Positions 59,202-64,000 of a stretch of DNA of 64,000 nucleotides are shown piece after piece. The notes below the pieces were generated by a model. The model worked only from the letters and a program-made list of their open reading frames with translations, searched no databases and was not told the DNA's origin. Within the stretch, counting starts at the first letter, position 1, and each line of letters opens with the position of its first letter. The stretch is from an uncultured Candidatus Saccharibacteria bacterium (lineage in GTDB: Bacteria > Patescibacteriota > Saccharimonadia > Saccharimonadales > 2-12-FULL-41-12), in the NCBI GenBank assembly GCA_964404795.1, contig CAYOLI010000001.1, forward strand, positions 140,137 to 204,136, given 5' to 3'. Position numbers and translations under genes: made by a program.

Positions 59202-59648
59202 ATGGAGTTAAAGCAACTAAAAAATATGAATGAAGCGCTTGATATTCTCGAGCAAGAATATAGTCATTACAGTGATAACATTAAGCATCGTCTTGAGTTT
59301 CTGCCTGCTAGGGAAATTGAAAAACTGACAGACGATGCGCTTATTTCGACCAAAAAATTAGCGAAAGAAGTGTTAGCACAAAATCCAAGTGGAGAGTTGG
59401 ACTTGGGTGAGCTTGGCAAGTATTTACTCGGTATAGATGAAACACGCGACAGGGTATCGTTATATCGAGATAGGGACTTTGATTACGAAGGCATGCACGA
59501 AGCATTTGCAACAGTGTTTCATGTCAATTTAAGTAAAGACAATTTTCACAGAACATCCGATGTTCTTGAGGTGCTTGACGCGCAAGAGACTATGAGTGCC
59601 ATTCATTCTGTTATTTTTCCCCAGACGGTATTACCCATAACTCAATAA
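59202..59648 (+). CDS. Hypothetical protein
   Basis: ORF preceded by a consensus promoter. No recognised motif. Confidence 0.45.
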   Translation: MELKQLKNMNEALDILEQEYSHYSDNIKHRLEFLPAREIEKLTDDALISTKKLAKEVLAQNPSGELDLGELGKYLLGIDETRDRVSLYRDRDFDYEGMHEAFATVFHVNLSKDNFHRTSDVLEVLDAQETMSAIHSVIFPQTVLPITQ

Positions 59649-59683
59649 AAAACGCCTTCTAAAGAGGCCTTTTAGTAATAACT

Positions 59684-59830
59684 TGGTAGCGGGGGCAGGA
59701 CTCGGCCACGTTCCGCGGCCCCGAAACTTCACGATTGGCAAGCCAGTTGCCATCGGAAGATTTCCTTGCGGACTGCCACCGGCAGTCCTCACCTGCGACC
59801 TTTAGTGTCGCAGAGCTGAAGTCCTTGCCC
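59684..59830 (-). ncRNA. GC-rich structured RNA partly derived from the adjacent tRNA(CAU); family unknown
   Basis: The 3' 21 nt (59684..59704) are identical to the tRNA 3' end (59872..59892) including CCA. 59791..59802 is identical to 59894..59905. An 86-nt insert of about 62% GC by hand count sits where the T-loop would be. Five hairpins and a closing helix can be drawn. G-U pairs exist only on the minus-strand reading. Confidence 0.5.
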
Positions 59831-59837
59831 TGTCATG

Positions 59838-59863
59838 AAAAAAGCCTGACAAAAATGTCAGAC
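59838..59863 (-). terminator. Rho-independent terminator after the initiator-like tRNA
   Basis: On the minus strand: GTCTGAC-ATTTTT-GTCAGGC followed by TTTTTT. Confidence 0.6.
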
Positions 59864-59871
59864 TCTTTTCA

Positions 59872-59946
59872 TGGTAGCGGGGGCAGGACTCGAACCTGCG
59901 ACCTTGTGGTTATGAGCCACACGAGCTGCCACTGCTCCACCCCGCA
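59872..59946 (-). tRNA. tRNA, anticodon CAU, initiator (fMet)-like
   Basis: (U)GCGGGGTGGAGCAG...GCTCG TGTGG-CTCATAA-CCACA AGGTC GCAGG-TTCGAGT-CCTGC CCCCGC(U)ACCA. It closely resembles E. coli tRNA-fMet, with a 1:72 U-U mismatch and A11. Only two of the three G-C pairs above the anticodon loop are present. Confidence 0.85.
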
Positions 59947-59990
59947 TCAAACCGCATAAATTATACCAAAACAGGGGTCAGATTGTCAAT

Positions 59991-60542
59991 TTAATCGTTT
60001 TTTGATTTTTTCGTATAGGGATTATCAACTTGACTAAACCCCTGTTTTTTTCTAAATTTTACTAAATCTTGCTTGAATTTATTCCTTTGTTTAGCGTTTT
60101 CGGGTCCCCTAAACGTTTCCACGAATTTTTTAAACGCCATATTGCCTTCTGCATTTTTATCGTAGCTATCTGAGGCCCTGTCTTGCAGTATATAGCCCGT
60201 TCCAGCCATAAATATGTTTCGTAATTTTCGTTCTTTAGCTAATTTTGCGCCGTCAATCTTTTTGTTGACATCTTCGATACCATAAGTACCGTACTTGTAA
60301 TAAAGTTTTTCATTTTCGGTTTGACTAAATTGGGCCTTGTTAAAGCCAGAATTTGAGCTCATTCTGCCAAGTACATATAGGGCCTCTATTAGGCGACGAC
60401 TTCGTTCCTCGACAGAAATGCTTGGTCCGGGCTCAATCCTAAAAGATTGTTGGTCAGTCAGTGCCGGTTCTAAATTAGGAGTGTTTAAATTAAATAGAGT
60501 TCCTTGGTCTGGGTTGGGCTCGAATTCTTTTTTGGATGCCAT
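59991..60542 (-). CDS. Hypothetical protein
   Basis: 183-aa ORF, Lys-rich at the C-terminus. No recognised motif. Confidence 0.45.
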   Translation of the reverse strand: MASKKEFEPNPDQGTLFNLNTPNLEPALTDQQSFRIEPGPSISVEERSRRLIEALYVLGRMSSNSGFNKAQFSQTENEKLYYKYGTYGIEDVNKKIDGAKLAKERKLRNIFMAGTGYILQDRASDSYDKNAEGNMAFKKFVETFRGPENAKQRNKFKQDLVKFRKKQGFSQVDNPYTKKSKND

Positions 60543-60575
60543 TGCTCTATTATACTACAATATGAACAATAAGTA

Positions 60576-60614
60576 AAGACCTACTGATAGTTTAACATCT
60601 ATCAAGTAGGTCTT
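60576..60614 (-). terminator. 15-bp hairpin (one bulge) downstream of the RRM gene
   Basis: aagacctactgatag-tttaacat-ctatcaagtaggtctt. The trailing sequence on the minus strand is T-rich. Confidence 0.5.
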
Positions 60615-60637
60615 ATACTATGTTGAAACGTTACTAT

Positions 60638-60901
60638 TTAGTAGTTGTTTCTTGGTGCTTGTGGTCGTGCCTGGCTAACTCGAATGCTTCGACCACCAAG
60701 GTCTGCGCCATCTGAGCTTTTTTCTGCCTCTTTGCCTTCGTTGTCATCTTCGAATTCAACAAAGCCAAACCCCTTACTGCGTCCAGTGTCGCGATCAACA
60801 ATAACTTTAGCGCTAGCAACTTTGCCATATTGAGCAAAGAATTCAGACAACTGTTCGTCGTTTGTTGAGTAAGGTAAGCCACCTACGTATAACTTGTACA
60901 T
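60638..60901 (-). CDS. RRM-domain RNA-binding protein
   Basis: RNP2 is LYVGGL and RNP1 is KGFGFVEF. Confidence 0.85.
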   Translation of the reverse strand: MYKLYVGGLPYSTNDEQLSEFFAQYGKVASAKVIVDRDTGRSKGFGFVEFEDDNEGKEAEKSSDGADLGGRSIRVSQARPQAPRNNY

Positions 60902-61030
60902 AGTTTTCCTGTTCTTAGTTTATTATTATTCCTTTTCGACCAAACCTCTGCGTCTTGTTTAGTAGTATAGGATTTTACTTCCTTCAAGAACAGTTAGATT
61001 CATCGGGTATTAAAGCATAAAAAATACATC

Positions 61031-61059
61031 TAGACAACTGATAAATTTTCGTGTATAAT
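61031..61059 (+). promoter_or_regulatory. Sigma70-like promoter (TAGACA-N17-TATAAT)
   Basis: Read directly. It lies 50 nt upstream of the small ORF at 61109. Confidence 0.45.
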
Positions 61060-61108
61060 TGGGGACACCAAATCAAAAACAAAAATATAACAAAAAAGGA
61101 AAAAAATT

Positions 61109-61183
61109 ATGCCTAGTTATGAGCTATTACCAACAACAGACAAAAATTTGTTGGAGATCGATGAATTATTGGCCCAGCTATAG
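61109..61183 (+). CDS. Candidate 24-aa peptide MPSYELLPTTDKNLLEIDELLAQL
   Basis: ATG follows AAGGA plus an A-rich spacer, with a promoter upstream. It is too short for the ORF track. There is no homology evidence. Confidence 0.2.
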   Translation: MPSYELLPTTDKNLLEIDELLAQL

Positions 61184-61191
61184 CCAGTATC

Positions 61192-61977
61192 TTACCTTAG
61201 TTGTATATCTCGACGTGAAAAGCCAACCATAGCAACTACTACGGGCACAAGGCAATATACAAGTAATATTATTGTATTTACCAAATAGAAGTCGCCGCTG
61301 GTAGTGTAGTAATGAAATGGCAAGAGTTTATCAATTTCTTTGAAAGCGCTAACAGAAGTAGACATTGAATTGACTAGGAAGCATCCAAAAGCAAAAGCGC
61401 TAGCCGCACCTAGTGAAAACGATCTTTTGCCAGTTATTGCGCCGAGCATAAACCCAAATAGTCCAAAAACCAATGCAATTAATAGGCATTGCAGGTTAAT
61501 GGTTAAAAGAGTAGTAAAAGAAAAACTTTCTTTGATTGTTAATAGCCCTATCAGTACTCCTGCGCTGGCTCCAAATATTGTTATTGTCGATATGGCAAGT
61601 CCCGCCAAAACCCGTCCGATTAACAATCTTTTTCTATCCATCGGTAGAGTGAGCTCTGTCTCGGTGATACCCTGCTGCTCTAGGCCAACACTAAGCCCAT
61701 GGAATAAGCCAATAGTTAGCACAATTGCGAGCATGGGTATCCTGAGTTCAAAAATTTGTTGACTGATATACCCAGACACGGTCTTGAAACTCTCTGCATT
61801 GCCAACAGTTTTTTGCACTGCCTCTGGTAGGTTTTTGAACGAACTATCAAAAACTCCGCTACTGAAGGAGTGGAAAAAAAGCATAGTGAAGCATGTCATA
61901 GCGGCAATACCTAAAAACCACCACAAGGTAAAGCCACGTTTTTTAAAGAGAACTTTCTTAAAAATCGGTTTATACAT
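61192..61977 (-). CDS. ABC-2 transporter permease
   Basis: 6 TM segments downstream of the ATPase. The start is ambiguous (ATG 61977, 61989 or 62013). Confidence 0.7.
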   Translation of the reverse strand: MYKPIFKKVLFKKRGFTLWWFLGIAAMTCFTMLFFHSFSSGVFDSSFKNLPEAVQKTVGNAESFKTVSGYISQQIFELRIPMLAIVLTIGLFHGLSVGLEQQGITETELTLPMDRKRLLIGRVLAGLAISTITIFGASAGVLIGLLTIKESFSFTTLLTINLQCLLIALVFGLFGFMLGAITGKRSFSLGAASAFAFGCFLVNSMSTSVSAFKEIDKLLPFHYYTTSGDFYLVNTIILLVYCLVPVVVAMVGFSRRDIQLR

Positions 61978-62866
61978 GCGAGTCTTCATAATAATTAGAA
62001 AATATTTGATCAAGATCTTGGTCCCTGATAGTTATATCTTGCAGTTTATAGGATGCAAAAAATTGTAATATTGGTTTTGCATCTCCATAAAAGTGAAATT
62101 CGGCAGTGGTGCTGGTTTTTGTAATAAGCTTAAGATGCTTAATTTTTACATGTTCTTTCTGGATGCGCTCAATCTCGGCTTGTCTGGCCTGTACCCGAAG
62201 ATATTTAGCAGATAGTTTTTCGAATTCTAAAACGGTCTTTATGTCTATGACTTTCCCCTCTTTTATAAAAGCTACCCTATCGCACAGTTTTTGGACTTCA
62301 CTTAGTATGTGTGACGACATAAAAACTGTACCACCCTTATCTCTGAATGCTTGGATTAGTTCGACGAATTTATTTTGTATCAAGGGGTCGAACCCGCTGG
62401 TGGGTTCGTCTAAAATTAGTAATTTTGGGTCATGCATTAGAGCAGCAACGAGTCCAATTTTTTGACGATTGCCTCTTGATAAGTGTCGGATTTTTATTGA
62501 TAAATCAATCTCTAATAACTCTGATAGATTATTAATTTGTGTTAAGCAATTCTTTTTATAGACATCTGCAACAAACTGTAGGTATTCTGACCCACTCAAC
62601 TCATCTTCGAACGCCATATCGCCACTTAGGAAACCAACGGATTGTCTTGATAAAAAAATTGTATTTTCTCTGCCGAAGATGCTAATTTGACCCTCACTTG
62701 GGTAAATTGTATTTAAAATCATTCTGATAGTGGTTGTTTTACCAGATCCATTTGGTCCGCAAAATCCAAAAATTTCCCCACTATTAACTTGTATATTAAT
62801 TTTATCGACTACGTATTCTTGTCCATATTGTTTGCTAACGTTTTTTAACAATAGGGCTGCACTCAT
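61970..62866 (-). CDS. ABC transporter ATP-binding protein (ABC-2 subfamily)
   Basis: GPNGSGKTTT, LSRGNRQK and LILDEPTSG motifs. Start at ATG 62866 (MSAALLLKNV), because the longer ORF would run into the tRNA gene. Confidence 0.9.
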   Translation of the reverse strand: MSAALLLKNVSKQYGQEYVVDKINIQVNSGEIFGFCGPNGSGKTTTIRMILNTIYPSEGQISIFGRENTIFLSRQSVGFLSGDMAFEDELSGSEYLQFVADVYKKNCLTQINNLSELLEIDLSIKIRHLSRGNRQKIGLVAALMHDPKLLILDEPTSGFDPLIQNKFVELIQAFRDKGGTVFMSSHILSEVQKLCDRVAFIKEGKVIDIKTVLEFEKLSAKYLRVQARQAEIERIQKEHVKIKHLKLITKTSTTAEFHFYGDAKPILQFFASYKLQDITIRDQDLDQIFSNYYEDSHV

Positions 62867-62926
62867 CAGTTGTATTATACGCTTGTTAAATAAAAGTGTG
62901 GTTATCAATTGTAGGGCAGTACTTGT

Positions 62927-63003
62927 TGGTAGCGGCGAGTGGGGTTGAACCACTGACCTCAGGCTTATGAGTCCTGCGCTCTAACCAACTGAGCTACGCC
63001 GCC
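62927..63003 (-). tRNA. tRNA, anticodon CAU, elongator Met-like
   Basis: GGCGGCG TA GCTC AGTTGGTTA GAGC G CAGGA-CTCATAA-GCCTG AGGTC AGTGG-TTCAACC-CCACT CGCCGCT A CCA. The acceptor and D arm resemble elongator tRNA-Met of Firmicutes/E. coli. Confidence 0.85.
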
Positions 63004-63153
63004 GCAACAGAGGTAAATATAACATAATAACGTATAGTTTTGCTAGAGTATTGAGATACTATGGTTAATCTATGAAGATGAGCGATTTGTTGGTTAATTT
63101 ATTTTGGCAAGATGTTAGGGCCAGTTGCAACTTATAGCTGATACTATAAAAGG

Positions 63154-64000
63154 ATGGAGATTGAGCTGGCTCAGGAAAAATACGTGGTTGCTGTATCTGG
63201 AGGAGTGGATTCGATAGTTTTACTTAACTTGTTAAGTAAAATTGAGTCCGTGGAGCTATGCGTGGCGCATGTTGATCATGGCATTAGAACAAATTCAGCC
63301 GAAGATGAGAAGTTTGTTAGAAAGGTTGCCGAGAATTATGGCCTTCCTTTTTTATCTACGAAATTAAATTTGGGGCAAAATGCTAGCGAAGCACTTGCTC
63401 GTAAAGAGCGATATGCATTTTTGAGGAAAATTCAAAATAGTTGCAATGCCAAAGCAATTGTTACTGCTCATCACCAAGACGATTTAATAGAAACTATTTT
63501 GATTAATTTGGTAAGAGGGACCAACAGGAGAGGTCTGAGCCCTCTTTATAATCATTATGATATTGAACGACCATTACTAAATTATAGAAAGGCAGAAATT
63601 TATAAATTTGCTAAAAAGAATGGTCTGTTGTGGCGGGAAGACCATACCAATTTTGAAACGAAATATTTACGAAATTATTTGCGGCTTAAGGTGATCCCGA
63701 AACTGGAAAATAATGAACGAGAAAAATTACTGAATATTTCCAGGAAAAGCTATGAAGATAATCGCGAAATAGAAGACATCATTAACAATTTGTTACCAAA
63801 TGTGGATGTAGTTGATCGAATTTTTTTCAAAAGTTTGCCACACAATGTATCGGTTGAAGCAGTTGCGTATTTACTGAGGAATTTAAGTGTTCCAATCGAA
63901 AAAAACACGTTAGAAAAAATATGTCTCAAGATGAAAACAGCCAAGGCGAATACCCGTATTGATATTTCTAGAGGGAAACAACTAATAATAGATGAAAAGA
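63154..64000 (+). CDS. tilS: tRNA(Ile)-lysidine synthase, 3'-truncated by the window end
   Basis: I translated it by hand: MEIELAQEKYVVAVSGGVDSIVLL...VAHVDHGIR...TAHHQDDLIETILINL.RG. It has the PP-loop SGGxDS. The frame stays open to position 64000. Confidence 0.85.
   Translation, partial: MEIELAQEKYVVAVSGGVDSIVLLNLLSKIESVELCVAHVDHGIRTNSAEDEKFVRKVAENYGLPFLSTKLNLGQNASEALARKERYAFLRKIQNSCNAKAIVTAHHQDDLIETILINLVRGTNRRGLSPLYNHYDIERPLLNYRKAEIYKFAKKNGLLWREDHTNFETKYLRNYLRLKVIPKLENNEREKLLNISRKSYEDNREIEDIINNLLPNVDVVDRIFFKSLPHNVSVEAVAYLLRNLSVPIEKNTLEKICLKMKTAKANTRIDISRGKQLIIDEK

Noticed and set aside
59645-59676. Bidirectional terminator between ORF 59202..59648 and the structured RNA
   Set aside because: The stem is only 4-5 bp (gcct/aggc), although it is flanked by A/T runs. 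That is too weak to call as a feature with confidence, so it is mentioned only as context.
59684-59830. Interpretation of the structured RNA as SRP (4.5S) RNA, tmRNA or an intron-containing tRNA
   Set aside because: SRP: a GUCCG(C)AAGGAA stretch resembles the helix-8 apex, but the conserved AGCA loop strand and the matching 5' strand are absent, and the local sequence folds better as a separate perfect hairpin. tmRNA: the element is too short, has no tag ORF and has no acceptor 5' strand. Intron-containing tRNA: no acceptor 5' strand or D-arm exists upstream. I could not run Rfam models, so these rejections are provisional.
59735-59959. 74-aa plus-strand ORF across the tRNA region
   Set aside because: It overlaps the tRNA gene, its terminator and the structured RNA on the opposite strand. 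Its GC-driven open frame has no RBS.
60634-60882. 82-aa ORF overlapping the RRM gene in another frame, and the antisense ORF 60645..60833
   Set aside because: The RRM frame has clear RNP1/RNP2 motifs. The overlapping frames have no motifs or start signals.
62867-62953. N-terminal extension of the ABC ATPase ORF (MVQPHSPLPTST...)
   Set aside because: It runs across the tRNA gene at 62927..63003. An internal ATG at 62866 gives the canonical ABC ATPase N-terminus.

Overview
Gene-dense, low-GC bacterial chromosome segment with about 65 CDS. Many genes overlap by 1-11 nt (ATGA/TTGA), GGAGG-type ribosome binding sites are common, and TGA acts as a stop, so the code is standard. My guess, by inference only, is a small-genome monoderm lineage such as Patescibacteria/CPR (Saccharibacteria-like). 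All domain calls come from reading motifs in the supplied translations; no HMM, BLAST or folding program was run.

(1) Positions 50-24594 form one large envelope-glycan locus. It holds the Wzm/Wzt-type ABC exporter, GT2/GT4 transferases, two Zn-ribbon methyltransferase-like paralogs, two DUF2142-like polytopic membrane proteins, a GT2+GtrA module, rmlA and rmlBCD, a WbaP-type initiating phosphotransferase and UppP. A DUF4258/DUF2283 toxin-antitoxin-like pair is wedged inside the rml genes.

(2) Positions 24.8-41.4 kb carry housekeeping, transport and redox genes: Kef-type antiporter, DsbA, MscS, TsaC, a Mur ligase, ABC-2 transporter, HIT, Dus and an HxlR/FMN-reductase pair. They also hold several orphan membrane or secreted proteins and one Cys-rich orphan protein.

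(3) Positions 41.4-51.4 kb encode a DUF2207 membrane protein, then a 2073-aa membrane-anchored giant surface protein, then a tightly coupled MacB/FtsX-type ABC pair. The giant protein appears to have a LamG domain split by 14 tandem ~55-aa propeller-like repeats, followed by Fn3 arrays.

(4) Positions 51.5-64 kb hold three different tRNA(CAU) genes (Ile2-like, initiator-like, elongator Met-like), TilS, and a GC-rich 147-nt structured RNA that reuses pieces of the initiator-like tRNA. An RRM protein, two more ABC systems and orphan genes are also here.

The most unusual items are the giant-protein operon, the tRNA-derived structured RNA, and the glycan-locus oddities: glycine-less methyltransferase-like paralogs, a poly-C tract in a DUF2142 gene, and a recombining three-repeat secreted protein.
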